DNA of 64,000 nt from Verrucomicrobiia bacterium (GTDB taxonomy: Bacteria > Verrucomicrobiota > Verrucomicrobiia > JAWXBN01), in assembly GCA_033764445.1 (NCBI GenBank), contig JANRIZ010000058.1, forward strand, positions 178-64,177, read 5' to 3'. Below are positions 9,085-19,576 of this stretch, piece after piece; position 1 is the first letter of the stretch, and each line of letters begins with the position of its first letter. The notes under the pieces are model-generated. The model did no database searches and was not told where the DNA came from. It saw only the letters and a program-made list of their open reading frames with translations. A program made the translations under genes and the position numbers.

Positions 9085-11355
9085 ATGAATACACTCTCCA
9101 ACCAAATCCTCCGGCTCCTGTCCCGGACCGATTACCGCCCCCTCGACAAAAACGAACTCGCCCGCAAGGTGCGTGCAACGCCGGATGACAAAAGTGAACT
9201 CCGCCATGTCCTCGCCCAGATGGAGCAGGCGGGCCAGATTGTCTGCATCAAAAACCGTTACTGTCTCCCCAAAACGGCGGACCTGGTGACGGGAACGATC
9301 CTGATGAATGAAAAGGGTTTCGGTTTTGTCGTGCCCGAGGTTCTTCCAGGTGGTGACAAGACGCCGGATATTTTCATCGCTCCGCACAACACCTCCACAG
9401 CCCTGCACAAGGACAAGGTATTGGTCCGGATTGACAAAAAAGCCAAACGTCCGCTCCCGTCGGGAGGCCGTGACCGTCAGTCCGGCAAACGCCCCCGGGG
9501 CAAGTCCGACCTCAAACCCCGCGGACGCGAGGAAAAGGAAAAACTCGAGGGCACGGTCCTGAAGATCATCGAACGGGTCCGCTCCCAGATCGTGGGCACC
9601 CTCCAGAAAAGTAAAAATTTCCATTATGTCGTGCCGGATGATCCCCGGATTTTCAACGACATCTACGTCCAGCCCTTTCCGGGGGCCCAGGTGGGCGACA
9701 AGGTGGTCGTCAAATTGCACGAATGGACCAACCGCCATGTGAATCCCGAGGGGGAGATCACCGAAATTCTCGGCAAGGCGGGCGACCCTTCCATCGATAT
9801 CATCGCGATCATCCGCAAATACGACCTCCCCACGGAGTTCCCCAACGAGGTGATTTCAGAGGCCGAACGCATCCCGGCCACGGTCCCGCCGGAGGTGCTC
9901 CGCAAACGCCGCGATCTGCGGCAGGAATTCATCATCACGATCGATCCGGATGATGCGAAGGACTACGACGACGCGGTCCAGGTGGAACATCTCAAAAACG
10001 GAGACTGGTTTCTGGGGGTCCACATCGCGGATGTCTCCCATTACGTCCGCCCGGGCACGGAGATGGACCGGGAGGCACGCGAACGCGGCAACTCGGTCTA
10101 TCTGGCCGACCGCGTCCTGCCGATGCTGCCGGAACGTCTTTCCAACGGCATCTGTTCGCTCAAGGAGGGAGTGGACCGTCTGGTCAAAAGTGCGTTCATC
10201 ACATTCTCGAAGACCGGTCAGATCAAAAAATATGAGTTTGCCGAGTCGGTGATCCGTTCCCGTAAACGTCTGACCTACAAACAGGCTTTTGCCCTTCTCA
10301 ACGGCGCCGATGAAATCCCTCCCAATCCCTTCGCCTACAAGATGGACAACACCCCCCTGGACCCCGGGCATTGCCCGCCTCCTGTGCCGGAACTGCGGGA
10401 AAAACTCAGGGAAATGTGGGCCCTGGCCTCACTCCTGCGCCGGGAACGATTCGAAAAGGGTTCGCTCGATCTGGAATTCCCGGAGGTGAAGGTCTGGGTG
10501 GATCAACAGGGTATCCCGGTCAAACTTGAAAAGGTAGAAAACGACATCTCCCACCAGTTGATCGAGGAGTTCATGCTCGCCGCCAATGAGGTGACGGCCC
10601 TCGATTTCAAAAACCGTGATCTGCCGGCAATCTACCGCGTCCACGAAGCCCCCGATCCGGGTCGGTTGGATGAATTCCGCGAGGTGCTCATTGCCGGCGG
10701 CATCCAGGTCGGGGACCTGACCAAACGCACCGAGATCGTCCGTTTCCTCAAATTGATCAAGGGGCTTCCGGAGGAGTACTCGCTGAAGCTGGGTCTCCTC
10801 AAATCCCTCAAACGGGCCTGTTACGGGGTCAAACCCCTCGGCCATTACGGGCTTCACAAGGTCAATTACACACACTTCACCTCCCCGATCCGTCGCTACT
10901 CGGACCTGATTGTCCACCGGATCGTCGCCTCCATTTGCGGCGGGGAACCCTACCGTCCGCGCCCGGGCGACATGGCCGCGACGGCCGAACATATTTCCCG
11001 CACGGAGCGCACAGCCTCGGAAGCCGAGCAGGAATCGGTCAAACTCAAGAAGCTCCAGTATTTTGTCATGCAAAACCAGTCGGATACCAAACAGGCCTTC
11101 GACGCGATGGTCACCGATGTCCGCAACTACGGCATGATGGTCGAGCTTCCCGAGTTTCTCATCCACGGGCTGGTTCCGCTTTCGGCCATCGAGGATGATT
11201 TCTACATCTTCGACGAGGCCCGGGCGGAACTCCGGGGGCGTCAGACCAAAAAAACCTTCCGACTCGGCGACCGCATCAAGGTGGTCGTCGCCAAGGTCGA
11301 TTTCTTCAAACAGCAGGTGGATTTCGCCCCGGCCCAGACCGCTGGCTCCCGTTGA
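9085..11355 (+). CDS. rnr: Ribonuclease R
   Basis: GFGFV cold-shock domain, TIDPDDAKDYDDA catalytic motif, YTHFTSPIRRYSDL, C-terminal S1 domain. Confidence 0.95.
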   Translation: MNTLSNQILRLLSRTDYRPLDKNELARKVRATPDDKSELRHVLAQMEQAGQIVCIKNRYCLPKTADLVTGTILMNEKGFGFVVPEVLPGGDKTPDIFIAPHNTSTALHKDKVLVRIDKKAKRPLPSGGRDRQSGKRPRGKSDLKPRGREEKEKLEGTVLKIIERVRSQIVGTLQKSKNFHYVVPDDPRIFNDIYVQPFPGAQVGDKVVVKLHEWTNRHVNPEGEITEILGKAGDPSIDIIAIIRKYDLPTEFPNEVISEAERIPATVPPEVLRKRRDLRQEFIITIDPDDAKDYDDAVQVEHLKNGDWFLGVHIADVSHYVRPGTEMDREARERGNSVYLADRVLPMLPERLSNGICSLKEGVDRLVKSAFITFSKTGQIKKYEFAESVIRSRKRLTYKQAFALLNGADEIPPNPFAYKMDNTPLDPGHCPPPVPELREKLREMWALASLLRRERFEKGSLDLEFPEVKVWVDQQGIPVKLEKVENDISHQLIEEFMLAANEVTALDFKNRDLPAIYRVHEAPDPGRLDEFREVLIAGGIQVGDLTKRTEIVRFLKLIKGLPEEYSLKLGLLKSLKRACYGVKPLGHYGLHKVNYTHFTSPIRRYSDLIVHRIVASICGGEPYRPRPGDMAATAEHISRTERTASEAEQESVKLKKLQYFVMQNQSDTKQAFDAMVTDVRNYGMMVELPEFLIHGLVPLSAIEDDFYIFDEARAELRGRQTKKTFRLGDRIKVVVAKVDFFKQQVDFAPAQTAGSR

Positions 11356-11366
11356 GCGTGGGGAAA

Positions 11367-11468
11367 TCGGTTGCCGGTTCTCGGTTGCCGGTTGAATTCG
11401 TTGGGTGTGCAGAATGTTTCCGGTTCCAAATCTCAAAAAATATCCGTGTGATCCGTGATATCCGCGGT
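11367..11468. repeat. Orphan 7-mer tract (tcggttg ccggttc tcggttg ccggttg) and 9-mer tract (atccgtgtg atccgtgat atccgcggt)
   Basis: Read directly at 11367-11394 and 11442-11468 in the rnr-mqnC gap. Confidence 0.7.
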
Positions 11469-11540
11469 CAAAAAATCTGCGGTTCCCGGCGACATCCGCT
11501 GGTTGCCTTTTGGCCGGAGGCGGACTAAATTGACGGCATC

Positions 11541-12635
11541 ATGATCGCATCCGCCCTCAACGATTCCCTCACAGGCCGGGTCCTGGAGGGTCTGCGGATC
11601 ACTCCGGAGGAAGCCCTGGAGCTATACCGGCTCCCCCTGCACGAACTGGGCGGCCTCGCCGATGCCCGAAGACGCCTGGCCAAACGGGACGCCTTTGACG
11701 GTCGCGGCGAAAACATTGTCACCTACATCATCGACCGCAACATCAACTATACCAATATCTGCGACACGTACTGCAAGTTCTGCGGATTCTACCGGGTCGA
11801 GACCGACCCTGACTCGTACGTCCTGACCCACGCGCAGATCGACCGGAAGATCGAGGAACTGATTGCCGTGGGCGGCACCCAGATTCTGATGCAGGGGGGC
11901 CATCATCCGAAGCTGACCCTCGACTGGTACCTGGAGCTGCTCGGGCACATCAAAACAAAATTCCCGACCATCAACATCCACGCCTTTTCCCCACCGGAGT
12001 TCAACCATTTTGCCGAGGTCTTTCAGATGCCCATGAAAGAGGTGATCCGCCGCTTTATGGAAGCGGGCCTGGGATCGATCCCCGGTGGCGGTGGTGAAAT
12101 CCTTGTGGACCGCGTCCGCAACCGGATCGCCCCCCTCAAGTGCGACTCCGATCACTGGCTTCTGGCCATGCAGTACGCACACGAGTTGGGCCTCAAATCC
12201 AGTGCCACCATGATGTTCGGCCATGTGGAAACCGTCGAGGAACGCATCCGGCACCTTCAACGCCTCCGCGATCAGCAGGACCAAACGGGCGGATTCACCG
12301 CATTCATCTGCTGGACCTTTCAAAAGGACAAAAACATTCCGCTCCGCGCCGAAACCGTCGGTTCCCACGAATACCTCCGCATGCAGGCCCTCAGCCGCAT
12401 TTTCCTCGATAATTTTGAAAATGTGCAGTCCTCCTGGGTCACCCAGGGTCCGAAGATCGGCCAGATCGCCCTGCAGTTTGGGGCCAATGACTTTGGCAGT
12501 CTGATGATGGAGGAGAATGTCGTCTCCAGCGCCGGAACCAGCTTCCGTCTGACCCTTGATGAAATCCGCCGCCTGATCACCGAACTCGGTTACGAACCCC
12601 ACCAGCGCGACAACTGGTACAATCTGCTGAATTGA
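11541..12635 (+). CDS. mqnC: Cyclic dehypoxanthinyl futalosine synthase (radical SAM, futalosine menaquinone pathway)
   Basis: VTYIIDRNINYTNICDTYCKFC (CxxxCxxC), ILMQGGHHP, SIPGGGGEILVD, QSSWVTQG, DFGSLMMEENVV. Confidence 0.9.
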   Translation: MIASALNDSLTGRVLEGLRITPEEALELYRLPLHELGGLADARRRLAKRDAFDGRGENIVTYIIDRNINYTNICDTYCKFCGFYRVETDPDSYVLTHAQIDRKIEELIAVGGTQILMQGGHHPKLTLDWYLELLGHIKTKFPTINIHAFSPPEFNHFAEVFQMPMKEVIRRFMEAGLGSIPGGGGEILVDRVRNRIAPLKCDSDHWLLAMQYAHELGLKSSATMMFGHVETVEERIRHLQRLRDQQDQTGGFTAFICWTFQKDKNIPLRAETVGSHEYLRMQALSRIFLDNFENVQSSWVTQGPKIGQIALQFGANDFGSLMMEENVVSSAGTSFRLTLDEIRRLITELGYEPHQRDNWYNLLN

Positions 12636-12700
12636 GAACCCTCCCATGATTTCCCTTTGCCTTTTGCCCAAAGGAGGGCTTTGATCTTAGCCCAAGACCC

Positions 12701-13294
12701 ATGGAAAACATCCAAAAACTGCTCGAACACAACAAGAAATGGGCCAGTCAGATTGAATCGGAAATGCCCGGTTTTTTCGACCGGCTCTCCCACCAGCAAA
12801 AACCGCAGTATCTGTGGATCGGCTGCTCGGACAGCCGGGTCCCGGCCAATCAGATCACGGGCCTGCTCCCCGGGGAGATTTTTGTCCATCGCAACATCTC
12901 CAATCTTGTCATCAATACGGATATCAACCTGCTCTCGGTGCTCCAATACGCCGTGGACATCCTGAAGGTCGAACACATCATTGTGTGCGGGCATTACGGA
13001 TGCGGGGGGGTGGAGGCCGCGGTACGGGGCCATGTGCGCGGGGTCCTGGACCACTGGCTCAACCACATCCGGGACATCATTCCCAGTGACCACCCTTTGG
13101 ATCTGAACGAAATCTGCGAGTTGAACGTCAAGCACCAGGTCGAAAACCTCGCCAACAATGTGATCGTCCATGATGCATGGGATAGGAAACAAAAGCTCCT
13201 GATCCATGGCTGGGTCTATTCCCTGGAAAATGGCATCATCAAGGACCTCCTCATTTCCAAAGGCCCCGAATTTTCCCCCTCCCTCAGAAGGTAA
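12701..13294 (+). CDS. can: Beta-class carbonic anhydrase
   Basis: WIGCSDSRVP, FVHRNISN, VCGHYGCGG. Confidence 0.95.
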   Translation: MENIQKLLEHNKKWASQIESEMPGFFDRLSHQQKPQYLWIGCSDSRVPANQITGLLPGEIFVHRNISNLVINTDINLLSVLQYAVDILKVEHIIVCGHYGCGGVEAAVRGHVRGVLDHWLNHIRDIIPSDHPLDLNEICELNVKHQVENLANNVIVHDAWDRKQKLLIHGWVYSLENGIIKDLLISKGPEFSPSLRR

Positions 13295-13299
13295 AACAC

Positions 13300-14043
13300 A
13301 TGTTTCTGGATGTCGCCATCGATGCCGCCCGCCAGGCGGGCAAATTGCTCAAGGACAATTTTGGGACCGAACTGGTCGTCAATGAGACCCACGCCCATGA
13401 CATCAAACTCGCGCTGGATGTCCAGGCCCAGGAACTGATTGAGGGGATCATTCTCAAGGCCTATCCGGACCATGCCATCTTCGGCGAGGAAGGCATCCGC
13501 GGAAATCAGGAGTCTCCCCACCGCTGGATCATCGACCCGCTGGATGGCACGGTCAATTTCAGTTACGGGCTCCCACACTTTGCGGTGTCCATCGGCATGG
13601 AAAAAATGGGGGAAATGGTCGTGGGTGTGATTTACGATCCCATGCGGGATGAACTCTTTACGGCACAAAAGGGAGGCCCCGCCCAACTCAACGGACGCGA
13701 TATCCGGGTCAGCAACCGTGCCACAGTCGGCGAGGCGATCCTTTCCCTGGGGATGAGCAAACATGCCGACAGCATCGAGGCGGGCCTGAACCAAATCCGC
13801 CACTACGCCGTGAGGGCCCGCAAATTGCGGAGCATGGGGTCGGCGGCTCTGGACATGGCTTTCATCGCCTGCGGAAGACTGGATGCCTACATGGAACGCA
13901 GCATCAGTCTCTGGGACATTGCCGCGGGAAAGGTCATTCTCGAATGCGCCGGGGGCACGGTGGAACTCAGCGACAACAAAACCGGGAAGAATCTCGAAAT
14001 CATCGCCTCCAACGGAAAGCTGGATTTGAGGTTCATGGAGTAA
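13300..14043 (+). CDS. Inositol monophosphatase family protein (SuhB-like)
   Basis: GEE, WIIDPLDGTVNF, GSAALD, WDIAAG. Confidence 0.9.
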   Translation: MFLDVAIDAARQAGKLLKDNFGTELVVNETHAHDIKLALDVQAQELIEGIILKAYPDHAIFGEEGIRGNQESPHRWIIDPLDGTVNFSYGLPHFAVSIGMEKMGEMVVGVIYDPMRDELFTAQKGGPAQLNGRDIRVSNRATVGEAILSLGMSKHADSIEAGLNQIRHYAVRARKLRSMGSAALDMAFIACGRLDAYMERSISLWDIAAGKVILECAGGTVELSDNKTGKNLEIIASNGKLDLRFME

Positions 14044-14050
14044 TCCCGGA

Positions 14051-16153
14051 TTACCGGCCTTTCAAATATTCCTCGGCCATGGAATCGTAATGTTTTCTCA
14101 GATTGGGAAGGTCCCGCGACGGGATGTTCTTCTCTGCCACTGCCAACTCTTCCGAGGCCTTTGCCCCCATGGGATTGGCTAATGGTTTGAGTAATGAACA
14201 GGCCTTGAAATATAGGGCCGCCCGTATCGGTGCCTGCTTCTTTTCCGTCGAGGCGCGGAAAGCCATCTGATACCAGAACAGCCCCTCCAATTCCGGATTC
14301 AGTATCATCCGTGACCTTTCAACGCCCTCTACTGCCATGCGGTCCGCCTCCTTCGCATCTGTCAATCCAGTGAACTCTGTCAGTTTTCCCAAGGCCACCA
14401 GCGATCGCTGCAACTGGTCTTCCCTCATCAGTCGTCCCCGGAGCGCCGCCCAAAGGGCTGCCGCCTCCCGGGGATTACCCGTGGCCGCGTAAGAGTCGGA
14501 GAGCTTTTCAGTCCACTGAAATTCAAACTCCGGATTGGTTTTCAAAAGCCGGAATCGGTTCATCAACTGACGCGCAAGGTCCGGTTTCCCAGCATGGAGA
14601 TAGGAATCTGCCGCCATCATGAGCGCTTCGTCATTGTAGGGGTCCATCTCATATACAAATGAAAGGGCCTGGGCGGCTTCCAGAAACTGTCCCCGTTCGG
14701 CCGAGAGTCTTCCGTAAACAAAGGCGGGCCCGGGATAATTCCAGGTATCCGAATACAGGGAGCGATAATATTCGTAGGCGTCATCGCTGAATCCTGCCTT
14801 CAGCAGGTACAGACCATAGGCATTCTGCGCGGAGGAATTGTTGGGATTGATCCCACGGGCCTTCCGGGCCTGCTCCAAAGCCCCGCGGGTATCCGACTTC
14901 CCATCCAGCAGTTGAGCCCACTTGAGATATACACGGGTGTCCTGCGGATTGATTTTTCGGGCTATTTCCAAACGGTCTTCTGTGGGCTTTCCCCAAAGGA
15001 TGAAATACTGGAACAAATCCACCATCCCGATCATTAAAACAACCGCGATCACTCCGGCCAAAAGTGTCCTGCCGGACAGACTCCCCCACAGCCGTTCCCA
15101 AGAGGAGGGTTGGAGGCTCGTCTCCTCTCCCTCCAAAATCCGGCTCACACGCTTTTCCCGAAGCTTCCACACCACCCCATCGATGATAAAATGATGGATA
15201 TTGACCACGGCGATAAAAACAAGTGCGCTCTGGGCCAGATCAAAACCGAACAGACGGCTCGCCAGCCACGGACCCGGAACAAAAAGTGCCAGTCCGCCCA
15301 CTATGAGCAACAGATAATACCGGTCAAACCCCCATGCCTTTTCTCCCTGTTGTCTGCGGGAAAAATAGGTTGTAAACCAAAGGTATTGGGCACAGTGCAT
15401 GAAGGCCAGGACCCCTCCGCTGTAGGAGGCGGTGGAAAATTGGTGTACCTGCAAACTCTGGTAGGCGACAGGAGCGGCAAACCAGAGGGTCTGGGTCAGC
15501 CACAGGACCAGCGAGGGAAACAGATCGGACAGACTTCCGCGCCGCAGCAGAATCATCCAGGCGAAAATTCCAAACCCGGCAAACAAGGTGAGGCAGACCC
15601 ACACGGCCACCTGCGACCAGAATACGGGTATGCCGAGTGTGATTACATACGGATCCAAATTCCCCTGAACGTGGACGGCAAAAAACCATGCGGCGCAGGA
15701 AAAGATGAAGGACAGACTGAGACATTTTTTTTCACGGGCCTCAACCTTCAACCCCCGATGCTTCAAAAAGAGAAGCGCCAGTCCGAAATTCTGACTCGAA
15801 TAATGCCAGGGGCTCCAGGTCAGGTAAACGGTCCAAAGGACGAGAAAAAAGGTCCAGGAGAAATGACCGGCCACCAACGCCCCCGCAGCCAGCACTGTGG
15901 CTCCCACAATCACGGTGCGATGGGCCAAAAAATCCTCCCGGCTGGAAAAGGCCCGCACCCAGGTGGCCATGTAGTGGGGATTATTGACAAACCAAGCCAG
16001 GTAGTAGAACACCAGCATCAGCACCTGCAGTTCTCCCGAACCGATCAGATAGGTCAGTATAAAAAGGGGCAGCGTCCACGCCCCGCATCCGATCAAAAGG
16101 TCAACCGGGGCATTGTGCAGCCACCGGCTATGGGAGGGGGATCTGGTGGACAT
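14051..16153 (-). CDS. Membrane protein with His-motif N-terminal TM domain and C-terminal TPR-like repeats
   Basis: NPHYMAT, WHYSSQNFG, MHCAQYL and HHFIIDGVVWK in the TM region; helical TPR-like segments after about residue 390. Confidence 0.65.
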   Translation of the reverse strand: MSTRSPSHSRWLHNAPVDLLIGCGAWTLPLFILTYLIGSGELQVLMLVFYYLAWFVNNPHYMATWVRAFSSREDFLAHRTVIVGATVLAAGALVAGHFSWTFFLVLWTVYLTWSPWHYSSQNFGLALLFLKHRGLKVEAREKKCLSLSFIFSCAAWFFAVHVQGNLDPYVITLGIPVFWSQVAVWVCLTLFAGFGIFAWMILLRRGSLSDLFPSLVLWLTQTLWFAAPVAYQSLQVHQFSTASYSGGVLAFMHCAQYLWFTTYFSRRQQGEKAWGFDRYYLLLIVGGLALFVPGPWLASRLFGFDLAQSALVFIAVVNIHHFIIDGVVWKLREKRVSRILEGEETSLQPSSWERLWGSLSGRTLLAGVIAVVLMIGMVDLFQYFILWGKPTEDRLEIARKINPQDTRVYLKWAQLLDGKSDTRGALEQARKARGINPNNSSAQNAYGLYLLKAGFSDDAYEYYRSLYSDTWNYPGPAFVYGRLSAERGQFLEAAQALSFVYEMDPYNDEALMMAADSYLHAGKPDLARQLMNRFRLLKTNPEFEFQWTEKLSDSYAATGNPREAAALWAALRGRLMREDQLQRSLVALGKLTEFTGLTDAKEADRMAVEGVERSRMILNPELEGLFWYQMAFRASTEKKQAPIRAALYFKACSLLKPLANPMGAKASEELAVAEKNIPSRDLPNLRKHYDSMAEEYLKGR

Positions 16154-16204
16154 GGGGTTCAAATTTCACCCAAGGCAACATATCTCCCATCCCAATCTCA
16201 AGCT

Positions 16205-18460
16205 TTACTGGGATCGCGCCCACTGGCCCTGTGTGAAACTGCGCACCATGGGGACCCCAGGCGGATTTTTGTTGGGGTCCTGGAAGTTGGTGTCCCAGTT
16301 CCATATGCGGATGGGCGGGCTGTAATAACTTTCAAAACGGGATGCATTAAAACCGGATACTCCCGGTGATGTATTAAAGGATTGTCCTCCGTTATCCGAG
16401 TAGAAACGGGCGGTGGCCTGTTCGGAATTGAAGAGATTGACAATCGATCCATTGATCGTGGCCCGCTGGCTGCCCCAATCCTCCAAAAAGCGGGGGAAAT
16501 TATGAAGACCACCGGTAACGGTATTGGAATCCACGGGGGACTGGCCTGCCACGATGGCAACATTATAGGTGGTATGGATGGCGTCCCGGCTCCCGGACTT
16601 GGTCTGTCCCAGATAGCCCCCGTATCGGCTGGAGAGAATGGTCACCGCATCCGCAAACACCGCCGCCGGTCTTCTGGAGTAACCGGTCACCGTGGAGTTG
16701 GTCAGTCCATACGTGGGATTGTTGGCCGTATTACTGGTATTGGCAAGGGTGTTGGTACCCCCGGTATTGTAATCACCCAGCAGATACATGGGATTATCGG
16801 TGACAACCGTCATTCCAATATTCGAACTATTGTATGCACTGTTATCATAACTCGTGATATTGGGAATATTGGTGGCATTCTTCATGGTCACCCCGGTTTT
16901 GTTGCTGCTGGTGCCATCAATATTGGAAACATAGACCACACCATTGAACTCGAAAGGGGTCGTATTGCTGACAGTGACAACATTTGTGCCGATGTTTGTT
17001 GTATAAATCGAAGCCCGTGTAATGTTGGTATGTACCGGGGCATTGGTGACATTGGCTCCGGTGTTGAGGATTTTAGAAACGTCAAATTCGGTTGTGACCA
17101 CATTGCTGCGGGCCAGATAGGCCATGTTGCTGACCGTCTGACCCGCGGAATTGGTCTGTCCACTCCAACGGTAATCGGACATTTTGCCATTCGCATTAAA
17201 GGCACCTGTGAGGGTCTGATAGGTGAGATTGGGAACGATGATATTGGTGGTGATGGGACCGGGAAGGGTGTAGGTATTGGTGATGTAGGGAGTAATGGCC
17301 GTGGTTCCGTAGGGATTGTTGCTGGAGGCGTTCCCGTAATAAAACTGTGGCAAGCGGCCCGCATTACTGGTGCCCGGAACTATCACCCGTAGTCCCGCTT
17401 TGTAGTAAAGTCGTGCCTTGGAATTGACCGTTGAATCCTGATCTGCCGTGGTATCCAAGGCATAAGGATCTGTGACGGCCTGTCCGAAGGAATTTGTATA
17501 AACGGGCCTTTTGATGAGGGCGATCGCACCGTTGGTGCTGTAGTTTGAACCGTAGTTGGTGGAATTGGTAATGGTGGTTCCGCCGTATCCGTTCATCCCT
17601 GGCACAAGTTTTGAGCCGGTTGGCGACGGGAGACCTCCTGCAAACGCATTATATGATGTGGAAACAGTCCCTGAAACATTTGTGAATGTATAACGAAACG
17701 AGTTGTTGGTGCTGTTGTAGTTGAAATTGGTTGTATTGGGTGTGAATTGGGCCCAGGTATTGGTATCCCCGCCAAACCGGGCATACACGGTCTGCCCCCC
17801 GTACGTGTTTAATGGTGATCCCGCACTGGTGACAGGACCGTTGAATGTATTGGTTGAAAATGTGTAGAAAAAAATACTCGCATTGGAATGGATTTTGCCG
17901 GTCATGGCCATCGCGGGACCCGAGTGAAATTCCAGATTGGGGACATAAAACACGCCGTAGTAAAACAGGGGTTCAAACGTGTACTGGATTTCCTGTTGAA
18001 GCTTTGTCACCACGTTCGGGTTGATCCGACTGCGCACCCAGGCCACCGCCAGAAACCGGTTGTCACGCTCCCCGCCATTCTTGTGGGAAAAATTGGAGGG
18101 AACCCCGTTGGAACTCAGCGGAATAGCTCCATAATTGATGATCTCCACCCGCGAGGTGTTGATGAAGGCCGAGGGTGCGGTGGACATGTTGATATTGCTG
18201 CTGACCACCCCGTATGTGACATTTGTGTAATCCGTCTGATCCAGCATCCTGCCCACATCCTTGTAGATGGTCGCCAGGCAGACTTCGGCAGCATAGGCCG
18301 TTTCCAGAGCCAGATCCCCCCGACTGGCCATGGAACGGGTATGTGAATTGAGCGCGATGGCCGCCGCCAGCAAAAAGGACAGGGAACTGACAATGATCAG
18401 AGTCCACACCAACGCGCTGCCGCGGCAGGAACTGTTTTGGGAACAAGGGATTGTTTTCAT
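16205..18460 (-). CDS. Large PilX-like minor pilin/adhesin, Thr/Asn-rich
   Basis: RG|SALVWTLIIV class III signal lacking Glu5 (PilX-type); C-terminal GGLHNFPRFLEDW...YSPPIRIWNWDTNF..PPG. Confidence 0.7.
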   Translation of the reverse strand: MKTIPCSQNSSCRGSALVWTLIIVSSLSFLLAAAIALNSHTRSMASRGDLALETAYAAEVCLATIYKDVGRMLDQTDYTNVTYGVVSSNINMSTAPSAFINTSRVEIINYGAIPLSSNGVPSNFSHKNGGERDNRFLAVAWVRSRINPNVVTKLQQEIQYTFEPLFYYGVFYVPNLEFHSGPAMAMTGKIHSNASIFFYTFSTNTFNGPVTSAGSPLNTYGGQTVYARFGGDTNTWAQFTPNTTNFNYNSTNNSFRYTFTNVSGTVSTSYNAFAGGLPSPTGSKLVPGMNGYGGTTITNSTNYGSNYSTNGAIALIKRPVYTNSFGQAVTDPYALDTTADQDSTVNSKARLYYKAGLRVIVPGTSNAGRLPQFYYGNASSNNPYGTTAITPYITNTYTLPGPITTNIIVPNLTYQTLTGAFNANGKMSDYRWSGQTNSAGQTVSNMAYLARSNVVTTEFDVSKILNTGANVTNAPVHTNITRASIYTTNIGTNVVTVSNTTPFEFNGVVYVSNIDGTSSNKTGVTMKNATNIPNITSYDNSAYNSSNIGMTVVTDNPMYLLGDYNTGGTNTLANTSNTANNPTYGLTNSTVTGYSRRPAAVFADAVTILSSRYGGYLGQTKSGSRDAIHTTYNVAIVAGQSPVDSNTVTGGLHNFPRFLEDWGSQRATINGSIVNLFNSEQATARFYSDNGGQSFNTSPGVSGFNASRFESYYSPPIRIWNWDTNFQDPNKNPPGVPMVRSFTQGQWARSQ

Positions 18461-18478
18461 GGCTCTCCTCCTGATTGA

Positions 18479-19576
18479 TCAGTCATTGACCCCCCCCGCG
18501 TCATAGGCGTTGATGCCCACCACATCGGAGTTGGCCGGTTTTTTAAATTGGGGGTCCCCACGCAGTGTGACCTGCGTCCGGAGTCTGTAGATCCCCTTGC
18601 CGGTCACATCCCCGGGCGAGGCATACTTCAAATCCACGATCAACAGGGGGCCGATGACGGTGAACACGTTCGTGTGGGGAACCTGGGCGGTGGTAGGTGT
18701 CTGGACCGCGTTGGAAACGCCGTTGACGTAATAGGCGGTCGTATCCTGGGCCGATACATCCGCAGTCAGTGTGTTGGATGGGATGAAGCTGAGGATTGTC
18801 TTATAGTTCGAGGTGTTTCCCGAGTCCGTGTACATACGCATATCCCGGTTGGTGGTGATCCCTCCCGCATAGTTGGTGTAAAAGGCATTGGTCACCAGAA
18901 ACCTCATTTCCCTGCCGATAAGCACCCGGGTCCCGGAAGGCACAAAGGTGGTCGCCGCCGACCGAAGCGGAATGGACACTGTGGTCACGGCCGTGTTGGT
19001 CAGAGCCGCATTCAGGGTGTTGATCTGACCCGCATTGCTCGAGACCATGCTGTAAACCGCCGGAGTGGAATCAAACCGCACCACATCATTGGTTCCCACG
19101 GTGTGGACGGAAATACTCGTCCGGACCACCCCGGAGTTTGTCATCGTCGCAAAAGCCGTGTTACTCGGCAGCGTCCCGTAGACGGTGGGCAAAATGGCGA
19201 TCGGAGAGGTCAGGGCCGTGTTGGAAATCGTGCATGTGGTGTCACCGATATTGACCGCAGAAACGAGCAACCCGTAAAAGCCACTGCTGATCAGACGGAG
19301 GTCCTCACCCGAGGAGCCGCTGGACATCACCGCACCATTGCTCGCGTACAGCAGCGGATAGGCCAGGGATTGTTTGGCATAATAGGACACCGTATCCGTC
19401 GCCGACCTGACATCATCGTGGGCCGTGTCCAGCATCCTTGTAAAGGAGTACAGTTTGTGAACCGCCACAAATCCCCCCATCGCCAGGGCACTGACCAGGA
19501 CAAAAACGGCGGCGGCAACAATCAGTTCCGAGATTGTAAACCCCTGTTCGTTCCGTTGTACCGGGAAATCCTTCAT
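18479..19576 (-). CDS. Prepilin-type N-methylation domain protein (PilW-like)
   Basis: QG|FTISELIVAAAVFVLV type IV pilin cleavage motif. Confidence 0.8.
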   Translation of the reverse strand: MKDFPVQRNEQGFTISELIVAAAVFVLVSALAMGGFVAVHKLYSFTRMLDTAHDDVRSATDTVSYYAKQSLAYPLLYASNGAVMSSGSSGEDLRLISSGFYGLLVSAVNIGDTTCTISNTALTSPIAILPTVYGTLPSNTAFATMTNSGVVRTSISVHTVGTNDVVRFDSTPAVYSMVSSNAGQINTLNAALTNTAVTTVSIPLRSAATTFVPSGTRVLIGREMRFLVTNAFYTNYAGGITTNRDMRMYTDSGNTSNYKTILSFIPSNTLTADVSAQDTTAYYVNGVSNAVQTPTTAQVPHTNVFTVIGPLLIVDLKYASPGDVTGKGIYRLRTQVTLRGDPQFKKPANSDVVGINAYDAGGVND

